A stretch of DNA of 64,000 bases from Bacteroidota bacterium (GTDB lineage: Bacteria; Bacteroidota; Bacteroidia; CAILMK01): contig JABDBQ010000009.1 in NCBI GenBank assembly GCA_013288555.1, positions 1,391-65,390 of the forward strand, in the 5' to 3' direction. A program made the position numbers and the translations under genes. Below the pieces are notes generated by a model. The model had not been told where the DNA came from, searched no databases, and saw only the letters and a list, made by a program, of their open reading frames with translations. Shown piece by piece: positions 20,301 to 29,510 of this stretch. Positions within the stretch are counted from its first letter, which is position 1. The number at the start of each line of letters is the position of its first letter.

Positions 20301-23300
20301 GTATCGGCCAATGGTGGGAATGGGGGAAATGATTACTATGCAAACAGTCAATGTCATGCCCCGGGCGGCGGCGGCGGTGGGGGTATGATATGGTTTAATG
20401 GCAGTGCAACTCCTTCAAACGTAAATACTTCCATTGGCTATGGAAAGGCAGGAACTTTATTGTACCCATCTTCCACTTGTTATGGTTCAACTTATGGTGC
20501 GGCAAATGGCACGTCCGGTTCGGTATTGTATAATCTTGTTTTGCCGGCAAGTACCTTTATCGGTTCATTAAGTGCGTCAGGAGATACGACGATCTGCTAC
20601 GGTGCCTCAACTAAAATACAAGCCTCAAGTCTTTCATCTTCTTATTCATGGACCCCTTCTGGTACCCTGAATAATGCTACAATTGCCTCTCCTGTTGCTG
20701 CGCCTTTGTCTACGACAACTTATACTGTTTCCTCTTCTTTTAGTAATGGTTGCGTGCTGACAGATTCTGTAAAGATTGTTGTATTGCCTGCTAAACCTCC
20801 TAAGCCCATTATTGAGTTTGTAACTGATGACCTGGCCGGCGATAAGAACAATAATACTGGTAGTCACCTTGTAGTGTCGGAGAAAAGCACTCGAAATATC
20901 AAGTCCCTTACTGAGTATATTTCGGTTGATGGTGGTGCTTATTCCAAGATCAGTACGCTTGGATATAAAACTATTTCTGCGACAATTGATTCTGCAATAG
21001 ATTCATTTACAATTAAAACCGGCCTTGCAAACGATAAACATTTATACAAGTACATAGTAATTGCAACTGATTCCTGCGGGATAAATAGCGACACATCCGT
21101 TTTTCATAGTCCTGTTTATTTAAGAGGTAATGCGGGTAATCTTGTTAATTTCCTTCACTTTACTCCTTATGCGGGTTTTGCATCCTCAACCAAGGTAGTA
21201 ATACAACGATTTACAATCAGCCCCGTACCATCTGTAGCAGCTATCATATTGGCAACAATTAAGAGTACTGATACTGCTTATGTTGATAGCTCAGGTTTGA
21301 AATGTGGATACACATATGCCTACCGCATTATTACTCAGTCTTCTAACGGGAGTGCTAGCGTTTCCGATAGTATTGCTCTTTCCCCTTTTGACACCATTTC
21401 TCCCACTCAGGTTAACATCTTGTCAGCATCTGTAACCTCCGGCAGCCATATCGCCCTGCAATTCAACAAAGTCACCAAGAAAACAACACATAAGTACCTG
21501 GTTTATATAAAGAAAAACAGCGGATCATTTGTATTGCTCGATTCAGTTTTAGCAAAGAACATTGCTTTAAGCCCTTACACTTATAATTACAATATTAACA
21601 CCCTTACCGATACTTTCAGTTTTGAGGTTTTTGCACTGGATTCCTGCGGGAATGAGTCAAAAGCGACGCAGAAACATCAGGCAGTTCATCTTGGCGGTAA
21701 AGCTCTTGATGATAGCAGTAAACTCACATGGTCTCCATACCTGGGATTTAATGTTAAAAACTATACAATTCAGACAAGAAGAAAGAATACAAACTGGGCA
21801 GATAACTATACCGGAATATTACCTGCTATAACATCTTATATAGTACCCGGTTCTTGCAATGACTCCTTCTATTTCCGCATTAAAACAATTCAGAATGGCG
21901 GTAATAATGCCATTGCATATTCTGATAGTGTGATGGTTATGCCTTTTGACACCATTGCTCCGGCGAGAGATTCTATAATCAGTGCTTCAGTGATTGATGG
22001 ATCTCATATACAGTTAACTTTCAATAAAGTAGCTGATCCGGATGTTATCGGATATAATATTTATCGGAATAAAAATTCAGGGGTATTTTCTAAAATCGGA
22101 GCAGTAAGCCGGCCTAAAAGCTCTCAAATAGTATTTACAGATAATATCAACACCCTCTCGGATACCTTTAGTTATGAGGTTTTTGCATTTGATTCCTGTG
22201 GAAACACTTCAAAGACTGCACAAACGCATCGCGCCATCCAGCTCAACGGCAAAGCCCTGGATGATTCAAGCCTGCTGTCATGGTCGCCATATGAAGGGTT
22301 TAATATTAAATATTATACCATTCAAACCCGGAAGAAAAATACTAACTGGGTGGACACATATACCGGGATTTCCTCTTCAACCACAACATATATTGCACCC
22401 GGATCCTGCAACGACTCCTTTTATTACCGTATAAAGGCTATTGAAAATGGAGGCACCAATGCCATTGTCTATTCTGACAGCGTGATGGTTATGCCTTATG
22501 ATACTATTTCTCCTTCAAGAGATTCCATCATCAGTGCTTCCGTTACAGATGGCTCACATATCAGTTTAATCTTTAATAAAGTAACTGCCCCGGATGTCAT
22601 TGGTTATAATGTTTACAGAAGTAAAAACAATGGGGTATTTGCTAAAGTTGGAACCATAAGCCGGCCTAAAAATTCTCCGATTACTTTTACCGATAATATC
22701 AATACCCTGACCGATACTTTCAGTTATGAAGTTTATGCTTTTGATTCCTGCGGCAACACTTCAAAAACAACACAGATGCATCGCGCCATCCAGCTGAACG
22801 GTAAGGCATTGGATGATTCGAGTTATTTGTCCTGGTCGGCTTATAAAGGTTTTAATATTAAAAATTATACGGTCCAGACCCGCACAAAGAAGACCACCTG
22901 GGCAGATACTTATACAGGGGTATTGCCCTCAACGACAACCTTTATCGCACCAGGTTCCTGCAACGATACTTTTTATTACCGCGTCGCAGCCATCGAAAAT
23001 GGTGGTACCAATGCCACTGTTTATTCCGATAGTATTGCCATCGTTCCTTTCGACACGATCCGCCCTGCCAAACCTGCCATAACTTATGTTACCGTACTCA
23101 GCAGCAAGTCCATACAGGTCAACTGGATAAAAACAACTTCCAACGATGTTAAAAACTATAATTTATATCGTGATGGAGTTAAAATAGCATCATTAGGCAA
23201 TGTAACCACTTATACGGATACAGGATTAAATACCAGTAATTCTTATTGTTATGCAGTTGAAGCGCAGGACAGCTGCGCAGGCAACCTGAGCGGGCTATCG

Positions 23301-26300
23301 CCATCACATTGCTCGGTTGCATTAAACACTTCAATTAAAGGCTGTGAAAAATCCATTTACCTTTCCTGGAACAAATATTCCGGCTGGGCTACGGTCAAAA
23401 AATACGAGATCTACCGTACGGTTAATGGCGGAACAGAAAGCCTGTTAACCAGCTTAACAGCAGGTACCACAACTTTTAAAGATTCCCTGCTGAACTACCA
23501 TAGCAAATACTGCTACAGGATTTTAGCCTATGACAACAGCACTGCCAATGTTTCCTGGAGCAACCAGAGCTGCAACCAGACCTTTTTTGTGGATACCCCG
23601 CAGATCATAACTGTCACCAAAACAGTTACTTCCACCACCAACGGAACGGTCGTTATCCGCTGGAAAAGTATCAACACCCCCCACCTGGCATACAATACGC
23701 TGTATTATTCTGCTGATGGAACAAACTACAATCTGCTCAAAGACAACATCGCTCCAACCATTGATAGTTTTGCCCACACAGGATTAAATACCCAGAGCGC
23801 CGACCAGCATTATTATCTGGTAAGCGTGGATTCATGCGGTACAAAATCAGACAGTTCGGTCTTTCACAAAAACATGACCCTCACCGTGAGTGTGGGTGAA
23901 CTTCTGCATATTCTGAACTGGACACATTATCAAGGATTCAAGGTAAAAAAATACTATATCCAGAAGTTGATCAGCGGTAATTTTAAAACCATCGACAGTG
24001 TTGCTGATAACGATACGGCATCCAGGTATTTCCCGGCGCCATGCAATTCGGTAGAAAGATATCGCATTGCTGCCGAAGGCTATGCGCCCGGTGAACTGTC
24101 CTGGTCTGATACCATGGGCAGGCAGGCCATAGATACTGTCCCATCCGATGCGCCGCAGTTCAAAAATGCAACGGTAGTTAACGGCACAACTACCAGGATA
24201 GATTTTATCGGTTCAGATTCTTTGGATACCTATGATTTTGTTATTCAGCGTGCTACCGATGGCAACTGGGCCACTGCCGGTAATATTTTGTTTACCACAC
24301 CCGGTAAAGCGCTGAGCTATCTCGATAAAGCTGTGAATACGATAAACCACCAGCTCTGCTATACGATCATCGCAAGAGACTCATGCCTCAATGCCACCCC
24401 TTCTGATACCTTCTGTGTCATCCGGTTAAAGGGAGATTCTCAGAACCTGGGAGATAGCCTGAACTGGACATCTTTCCGGGGTTATGGGTTAAAAGACTAT
24501 GCGATACTCCGTTACAACGGTACACCCAAATGGGATACCCTTGCCAAAGTGAATAATGATATTTTCCATTACACAGATAAACCCCTGCCCTGCGATGTGA
24601 GCCATATCTATAAAATAGAAGGTTTTGAAAACGGAGGAGCCTATGTGACCATGTCGGATTCGATTACATTAACGCCGTTCGATACCATCAAGCCTCCGGG
24701 ACCGGTGATCAAACTGGCAACGGTATTGGATGACAGCCATATACAATTGTCCTGGCACAAGTCAATATCCAAAGTAAAACTTTATGAGCTGAGCATCAAA
24801 ACCGGGAAAGGCAACTGGAAGGTTGCAGATACGGTAAAGGTTGATACCTCATTTATCTTCAATGGATTGAATACGCCTGATTCGGTGTATGATTTTAGGA
24901 TTGTGGCCATCGACAGTTGTGCCGCAAACCGAAGCCAGCCATCGCTTTATCATTCACCTGTGCAGCTCGGCGGACAGGATCAGAACCTATCCAATTTACT
25001 CACCTGGAAAAAATACGAAGGCTGGAATAGTGTATCAAAATACTATATCTACCAGCTCAATAAGGTTACTTCTATCTGGACAAAGATAGATTCGGTCAGC
25101 GGAACGACTTTAAGTTATCTGCATAAACCTTTGCCCTGCGATGTAATGCAGGCTTACCAGGTTGCCGCATTGGACAATACCGGTCAGTATCTCAGCTATT
25201 CCGATACGGTGCAGCTCACTCCTTATGATACGATCAAGCCACCGGCCCCGGTGATTAAGTATACCACGGTGCTCAATGACAACCAGGTAGCACTGTTCTG
25301 GCACAAATCCATCCCAAAAGTAAAACTCTACGAACTGAGCATCAAAACCGGCAAGGGCAACTGGAAAATAGCCGATACCGTAAAGATTGATACCTCATTT
25401 ATTTTCAACGGCTTGAATACCCCTGATTCGATTTATGATTTCCGGATCGTTGCCATCGACAGTTGCGCTGCAAACCGAAGCCAGCCATCAGCTTATCATT
25501 CACCGGTGCAGCTCGGGGGAAAGGACCAGAACCTATCTAATTTACTCACCTGGAAAAAATACGAAGGCTGGAATAGTGTAAGTAAATATTATATCTACCA
25601 TCTCAATAAAAACACCGGTATTTATGTGAAGATCGATTCGGTAAGCGGAACGACGCTAAGCTATCTTCATAAACCGCTGCCTTGTGATGTAATGCAGGCT
25701 TACCAGGTCGTAGCACTGGACAATACGGGTCAGTACCTGAGTTATTCCGATACGGTGCAACTCACCCCTTATGATACCATCAAGCCACCGGAAGTGGTTA
25801 TCAAGTATGCCACGGTGCTCAATGACAACCAAATAGAACTGTTCTGGCACAAATCCATCCCCAAAGTAAAGATCTATGAACTGAGTATCAAAACCGGCAA
25901 TGGCAACTGGAAAATAGCCGATACGGTGAGGATCGATACCTCGTTTATCTTCAATGGCTTGAACACCCCTGATTCGGTGTATGATTTTCGGATCGTTGCC
26001 ATCGATAGTTGTGCGGCCAACCGGAGCCAGCCATCGCTTTATCATTCCCCGGTGCAACTCGGCGGACAGGACCAAAACCTTTCTAACTTGCTGACCTGGA
26101 AAAAATACGAAGGCTGGAATAGTGTATCAAAATACTATATCTACCAGCTCAATAAGACTACCGGTATTTATGTGAAGATCGATTCCGTCAGTGGCACGAC
26201 ATTGAGTTATCTTCATAAACCTTTGCCTTGCGATGTGTTACAGGCCTATAAGATTGCAGCACTGGACAATACCGGTCAGTACCTCAGTTTTTCCGATACG

Positions 26301-29300
26301 GTGCAACTGACCCCTTATGATACCATCAAACCGCCTGCACCTGTGATTAAGTATGCCACCGTACTCGACGGCAGCCATATTCAATTGTACTGGTACAAAT
26401 CCATTCCCAAGGTAAAACTCTATGAACTCAGCATCAAAAGAGCCAATGGCAACTGGCAGGTAGCCAATACAGTGAATATCGATACCTCATTTATCTTCAG
26501 CGGGTTGACGACTTATGATTCTGTATATGCTTTCCGCATTGTAGCCATTGATTCCTGTGCGGCCAACCGCAGTACCTCCAGTAGTTTCCATTCCCCGGTC
26601 AAGATCAGTGGTACCGCGCTCGATGATACGGTTCGTTTGAACTGGAAGCCCTATGAGGGTTTTGCATCCGTGAAAGAATATTATATCTACCAGCTGATTG
26701 CTTCCAGATGGAAGGTACTGGATTCAGTACCGGGCAATATAATTACTTATACATCTAAAACCCTGCCCTGCAATGTTCCTCAGGCCTATCGCATTAAAGC
26801 ATTGGACAATACAGGCGCTTACCTGAGCCAGTCGGATACGGTGAGCGTAACCCCATTTGATACCATCAAACCAAAACCACCGGTTTTAAATTATGCCACG
26901 GTATTGCCTTCCCAATCGGTGAAAATAACATGGCAATGGGACCCGAAAAGCGATGTCAAATTCTTCGAGATCTGGCGCAGCAAAAACAAAGGCATACCGG
27001 TTCTGATTGACACGGTCATTTATGATTCTTCATATACAGATACCAGCGCCCGGCCACATGACAACCGCTACGCCTATTATATCATAGCGATAGATTCCTG
27101 TAATAAAGCCAACCGGTCCAGACCATCCAATTCTGATACGTTGATGTTCCTCAAGATCAGGTCGGTCTTCTGCACCCCCGAGGTCGGCCTGCAGTGGACC
27201 GCCTATACCGGGCCGGATGTGAGCAGCTATCATATCTTCAGGTCAAAAGACGGAAAAACGTTCACCGGCATCGGAACTGTTTCACCCCAACAGCATGCAT
27301 TTAATGATAATTCGGTAAGCCTCGGGTTGCAGTATTATTATACGATACTGGCTATTACCGCGGCCGGTGACAGCAGTTTTTCAGATACACTGGGGATCGT
27401 GCCCAGTGTCGTTCCCCTGGCGGATTCGGCACAACTGGTCTATGCCACCGTCGTCAAAAGTGATGAGAAAAAGGGAGCGATCATGGTAAAATGGCGACAG
27501 GACAGCCCCAATGATACCAATGCCAGAGGTTATTTTATTTATGCGATGAACCCGGTCAATGGCCAGTATACCCTTGTGGAAAACCGCACCAACCTGGGCG
27601 ATACCACCTATATTGATACGGCCCTCAATACCATCGAGTATGCCTATAAATATTATATCGTGATCTATAATGTCTGCGACCTGGGGATCAACTCCCGCAT
27701 CCACCGCCCGATTTTGCTGTCAGTAAAAAACAACGATTTGAATGCACAGCTGACCTGGAAAAATTACCTGGGTGTCCCGGTAAAAAGCTATGTCGTTTAT
27801 AAATCCGAAGACGGCGGACTGCCTTATCTGTTGAAAACGACCGGAACCGATTCGGTACTGGCCGACAGCAATATCTATTGCGGGCACAAGTATACCTACC
27901 AGGTACAGGCATTGCTGGCCAATAATGAAATTACGTTTTCTGATTCGATCACGATCAAAGCTTACGATACGGTCAGACCCAAAACCAGGCCCATTAAGTC
28001 TGTCTCGGTCACCAGGACAGGCAGTTTAACAGGCAATATATCCGTAAGTTGGAACCCTGCCAAAGATGTCAACCTCAAGGGATATAATATCTTCCGGAGC
28101 AACGACGGGTTCAGCTGGTTTTTGATCAAAGAGGTATATGGCGATACGACCATGGTGGATTCGGGACTGAACACTTATGGACAGTCTTATTATTATAAAA
28201 TACAGCCTTTTGACAGTTGCGGCAACCTGGGAAACTACAGCCTTGTCCACGAAAGCATCCGGTTGAAAGTACAGGCCCAGAACAGCTATAACCAGCTGAA
28301 CTGGAATGGATACCAGGGATGGCGGGTGGAAAAATATATCATTTACAGGGATGGAAAAATCTTTGGATCAACTGCAAAAGACAGCTTCCATTTTAACGAT
28401 ACCCTCGTGTATTGCGGTATTGAATACCAATACAAGGTAGTGGGTATTGATAGCCTGGACAGTACCATCATCTCATTCTCCAACACCGACAGTGCCAGGG
28501 CTTTTGACCATGTGGCCCCGGCTAAGGTTTATATCAAAGCGGTATCTGTTCTAAAACCCAACAGGGCGGTAACAATCAGCTGGGCACCATCAACTTCATG
28601 GGACGTAATGAACTATGACCTCTACCGCAAATTTGCCATTGACGGCAGCATGCACCTGGTAGGTATCACAACTGATACTATTTTTGCCGACAGTTCCACC
28701 GAAATAACCCAGCCGGACTGCTATTATGTATTTGCCAATGACCACTGTAGCAACCGCAGCGAAGGCAGCAATCCCGGCTGCATCATGATCCTGAGTGCGA
28801 AAGCTTCAGCAGGCTCAGCCACCGGGCAAAGTTCCAACGACCTGAAATGGAATGGCTACCAGACCTGGTTTGACGGGGTACAAAGCTATAATGTCTATAA
28901 AAAAGATGACAACCAGGGCTGGCGCCTGATCGGGACTACTACCAGCGGCAATGTGCATGAATACAGTGATGCCAACCTGAGCGATTCCACGATTGATTTC
29001 TGCTACCAGGTGGAAGCGGTGGAAAATCCGGGGAAATACAACCAGCTCACCCGCTCCACAGTAGAATGTGTACACCAGGACGCAACAATGTTCATCCCCA
29101 ATTCGTTCAGCCCATACAACCAGGACGGGATCAATGATAAGTTCGGTCCGGTAGGGTTATATGTTAAAAACTATACGATGAAAATCTATGACCGTTGGGG
29201 CGAAGAGATTTACAATACAAATTCGGGACAGCCATGGGATGGAACCTTCCACGGGCAATTTGTACAACAAGGGGTATATATCTATTACATTGCCGTACAG

Positions 29301-29354
29301 GATTATAACGGGAAAATTACACGGTTCAGAGGCAATATATCGATATATGAGTAA
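17379..29354 (+). CDS. Giant cell-surface protein with a type-B (gliding-motility-associated) T9SS C-terminal domain
   Basis: Signal peptide ...FFILIFFLFQGFSAYGQ. The N-terminal part has YGG..D propeller-like repeats, followed by a PKD-like domain and a Gly-rich block. More than 15 FN3-like module pairs carry a DSCGN/DSCAANRS motif. The CTD reads FIPNSFSPYNQDGINDKF...YDRWGEEIY...GVYIYYI. The start is uncertain: the track begins at TTG 17295, and I prefer ATG 17379. Confidence 0.85.
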   Translation: MTLVPSNKFSKFNFSKLKGKICKSGICFFILIFFLFQGFSAYGQKVGTFQKSFGGSSNEFGSTVVMLPDKGFIMGGITNSFGSGNNDILLVRMDSLGKKIWSKTYGGAGYEGTVSWLSNSGVDAILTPDSEVVISSTTDSYGAGGYDVYFFKIDLNGNVVWSKTYGGTSNDYGYSVMNDPKGGYLISGETFSYGAGSGDVLLIKTDKNGGLVWAKTYGNSSNDEAGFQIRTSIDGNYLISGFSYSSSSQYDQLLMKVDTAGKLLFSKVFGTSNYDAALSAVDIPSDSSIYVAGFTYNIFNSANTVATFTKFDKTGKYLWTNIYDKNSHTSFGYLIYDNVNKVFNCNITESDVHRIGIARLTTAGKLIFIKNYGPLTGSDSYTDGLGHDFIALPTGGFAKAYTTDVFGYGGWDYFFIKVDKNGSNPDSCNIYPVSLSSFDFTSYIKDYSSTFSTGSPSPKVGTGMKVTSPNAKDTLVCGPFVANFKWQKTCTGSPVSFSDSTYYKPTSWKWNFGDPTSSSNTSKIQNPSHTYTKAGTYTVKLVSGNGTETDSITKIVTINPLPTHSGTITKTFCLGDSLQLSVAGTGGKTFSWSPSSQVDKPTDSVVWITPYKNETLYANITNIYGCSIADTFVIQVDSSKCPVSYISGVVNNYTSVTALKSRCLPVLTVTSNKGFSVNDYVLIVQMKGATVDSSNSSKFGSIKSYNNAGNYDFDSIKSISGNTIQLKNALSRNYDVSGIVQLVRVPIYQNAVVTDTLTASTWNGSTGGVLALNVNGTLILEKDINASRLGFRGGSYNTSTSVSYGDTNYYETKTSGYGGTKGEGLSTLDRNKNYQAARGPMANGGGGGNTEQCGGGGGGNSGSGGVGGEEVSYSTSNIADGGIGGIPITYSNSQNKIFPGGGGGGGQNYFNKSSNGGNGGGIVIIQANTLVGNNYNIKANGDSAKIAYHDGAGGGGAGGTIILDIISGFNKTLNVSANGGNGGNDYYANSQCHAPGGGGGGGMIWFNGSATPSNVNTSIGYGKAGTLLYPSSTCYGSTYGAANGTSGSVLYNLVLPASTFIGSLSASGDTTICYGASTKIQASSLSSSYSWTPSGTLNNATIASPVAAPLSTTTYTVSSSFSNGCVLTDSVKIVVLPAKPPKPIIEFVTDDLAGDKNNNTGSHLVVSEKSTRNIKSLTEYISVDGGAYSKISTLGYKTISATIDSAIDSFTIKTGLANDKHLYKYIVIATDSCGINSDTSVFHSPVYLRGNAGNLVNFLHFTPYAGFASSTKVVIQRFTISPVPSVAAIILATIKSTDTAYVDSSGLKCGYTYAYRIITQSSNGSASVSDSIALSPFDTISPTQVNILSASVTSGSHIALQFNKVTKKTTHKYLVYIKKNSGSFVLLDSVLAKNIALSPYTYNYNINTLTDTFSFEVFALDSCGNESKATQKHQAVHLGGKALDDSSKLTWSPYLGFNVKNYTIQTRRKNTNWADNYTGILPAITSYIVPGSCNDSFYFRIKTIQNGGNNAIAYSDSVMVMPFDTIAPARDSIISASVIDGSHIQLTFNKVADPDVIGYNIYRNKNSGVFSKIGAVSRPKSSQIVFTDNINTLSDTFSYEVFAFDSCGNTSKTAQTHRAIQLNGKALDDSSLLSWSPYEGFNIKYYTIQTRKKNTNWVDTYTGISSSTTTYIAPGSCNDSFYYRIKAIENGGTNAIVYSDSVMVMPYDTISPSRDSIISASVTDGSHISLIFNKVTAPDVIGYNVYRSKNNGVFAKVGTISRPKNSPITFTDNINTLTDTFSYEVYAFDSCGNTSKTTQMHRAIQLNGKALDDSSYLSWSAYKGFNIKNYTVQTRTKKTTWADTYTGVLPSTTTFIAPGSCNDTFYYRVAAIENGGTNATVYSDSIAIVPFDTIRPAKPAITYVTVLSSKSIQVNWIKTTSNDVKNYNLYRDGVKIASLGNVTTYTDTGLNTSNSYCYAVEAQDSCAGNLSGLSPSHCSVALNTSIKGCEKSIYLSWNKYSGWATVKKYEIYRTVNGGTESLLTSLTAGTTTFKDSLLNYHSKYCYRILAYDNSTANVSWSNQSCNQTFFVDTPQIITVTKTVTSTTNGTVVIRWKSINTPHLAYNTLYYSADGTNYNLLKDNIAPTIDSFAHTGLNTQSADQHYYLVSVDSCGTKSDSSVFHKNMTLTVSVGELLHILNWTHYQGFKVKKYYIQKLISGNFKTIDSVADNDTASRYFPAPCNSVERYRIAAEGYAPGELSWSDTMGRQAIDTVPSDAPQFKNATVVNGTTTRIDFIGSDSLDTYDFVIQRATDGNWATAGNILFTTPGKALSYLDKAVNTINHQLCYTIIARDSCLNATPSDTFCVIRLKGDSQNLGDSLNWTSFRGYGLKDYAILRYNGTPKWDTLAKVNNDIFHYTDKPLPCDVSHIYKIEGFENGGAYVTMSDSITLTPFDTIKPPGPVIKLATVLDDSHIQLSWHKSISKVKLYELSIKTGKGNWKVADTVKVDTSFIFNGLNTPDSVYDFRIVAIDSCAANRSQPSLYHSPVQLGGQDQNLSNLLTWKKYEGWNSVSKYYIYQLNKVTSIWTKIDSVSGTTLSYLHKPLPCDVMQAYQVAALDNTGQYLSYSDTVQLTPYDTIKPPAPVIKYTTVLNDNQVALFWHKSIPKVKLYELSIKTGKGNWKIADTVKIDTSFIFNGLNTPDSIYDFRIVAIDSCAANRSQPSAYHSPVQLGGKDQNLSNLLTWKKYEGWNSVSKYYIYHLNKNTGIYVKIDSVSGTTLSYLHKPLPCDVMQAYQVVALDNTGQYLSYSDTVQLTPYDTIKPPEVVIKYATVLNDNQIELFWHKSIPKVKIYELSIKTGNGNWKIADTVRIDTSFIFNGLNTPDSVYDFRIVAIDSCAANRSQPSLYHSPVQLGGQDQNLSNLLTWKKYEGWNSVSKYYIYQLNKTTGIYVKIDSVSGTTLSYLHKPLPCDVLQAYKIAALDNTGQYLSFSDTVQLTPYDTIKPPAPVIKYATVLDGSHIQLYWYKSIPKVKLYELSIKRANGNWQVANTVNIDTSFIFSGLTTYDSVYAFRIVAIDSCAANRSTSSSFHSPVKISGTALDDTVRLNWKPYEGFASVKEYYIYQLIASRWKVLDSVPGNIITYTSKTLPCNVPQAYRIKALDNTGAYLSQSDTVSVTPFDTIKPKPPVLNYATVLPSQSVKITWQWDPKSDVKFFEIWRSKNKGIPVLIDTVIYDSSYTDTSARPHDNRYAYYIIAIDSCNKANRSRPSNSDTLMFLKIRSVFCTPEVGLQWTAYTGPDVSSYHIFRSKDGKTFTGIGTVSPQQHAFNDNSVSLGLQYYYTILAITAAGDSSFSDTLGIVPSVVPLADSAQLVYATVVKSDEKKGAIMVKWRQDSPNDTNARGYFIYAMNPVNGQYTLVENRTNLGDTTYIDTALNTIEYAYKYYIVIYNVCDLGINSRIHRPILLSVKNNDLNAQLTWKNYLGVPVKSYVVYKSEDGGLPYLLKTTGTDSVLADSNIYCGHKYTYQVQALLANNEITFSDSITIKAYDTVRPKTRPIKSVSVTRTGSLTGNISVSWNPAKDVNLKGYNIFRSNDGFSWFLIKEVYGDTTMVDSGLNTYGQSYYYKIQPFDSCGNLGNYSLVHESIRLKVQAQNSYNQLNWNGYQGWRVEKYIIYRDGKIFGSTAKDSFHFNDTLVYCGIEYQYKVVGIDSLDSTIISFSNTDSARAFDHVAPAKVYIKAVSVLKPNRAVTISWAPSTSWDVMNYDLYRKFAIDGSMHLVGITTDTIFADSSTEITQPDCYYVFANDHCSNRSEGSNPGCIMILSAKASAGSATGQSSNDLKWNGYQTWFDGVQSYNVYKKDDNQGWRLIGTTTSGNVHEYSDANLSDSTIDFCYQVEAVENPGKYNQLTRSTVECVHQDATMFIPNSFSPYNQDGINDKFGPVGLYVKNYTMKIYDRWGEEIYNTNSGQPWDGTFHGQFVQQGVYIYYIAVQDYNGKITRFRGNISIYE
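21384..23045 (+). repeat. Three in-frame tandem coding units (558, 552, 552 bp) inside the giant gene
   Basis: Units start at 21384, 21942 and 22494 and end at 23045 (PFDTI(S/A)P...DSCGNTSK...NGGTNA). Confidence 0.8.
24675..26852 (+). repeat. Four in-frame tandem coding units (546, 546, 546, 540 bp) inside the giant gene
   Basis: Unit starts at 24675, 25221, 25767 and 26313 were counted from the P(F/Y)DTIKPP codons; the next, more diverged unit starts at 26853. Confidence 0.85.
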
Positions 29355-29510
29355 TCGGGGGTAAGGTGATAGGCATAAGGGGTTAGTAAATGCGGATTAA
29401 ATATGTGAAGAACTACTCCAAATAATTAGTCTATTATTGGGCAAAACAGAATTCAGAACAACAGGATGAATATCCTATTTTACTAATGTCTAACGCCTGA
29501 TTCCTGACCC
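29355..29510. repeat. Family C word-repeat tails of two convergent genes, forming an imperfect inverted repeat
   Basis: GGGGGTAAGGTGATAGGCATAAGGGGTTAGTAAA follows the giant-gene stop. The reverse complement of 29472-29510 is GGGGTCAGGAATCAGGCGTTAGACATTAGTAAA, which follows the accC stop. Confidence 0.5.

Noticed and set aside
21384-26852. Regularly spaced ~550-bp repeats as a CRISPR array or satellite
   Set aside because: The units are far too long for CRISPR. They are in frame within one continuous 12-kb ORF and encode FN3-like protein modules.
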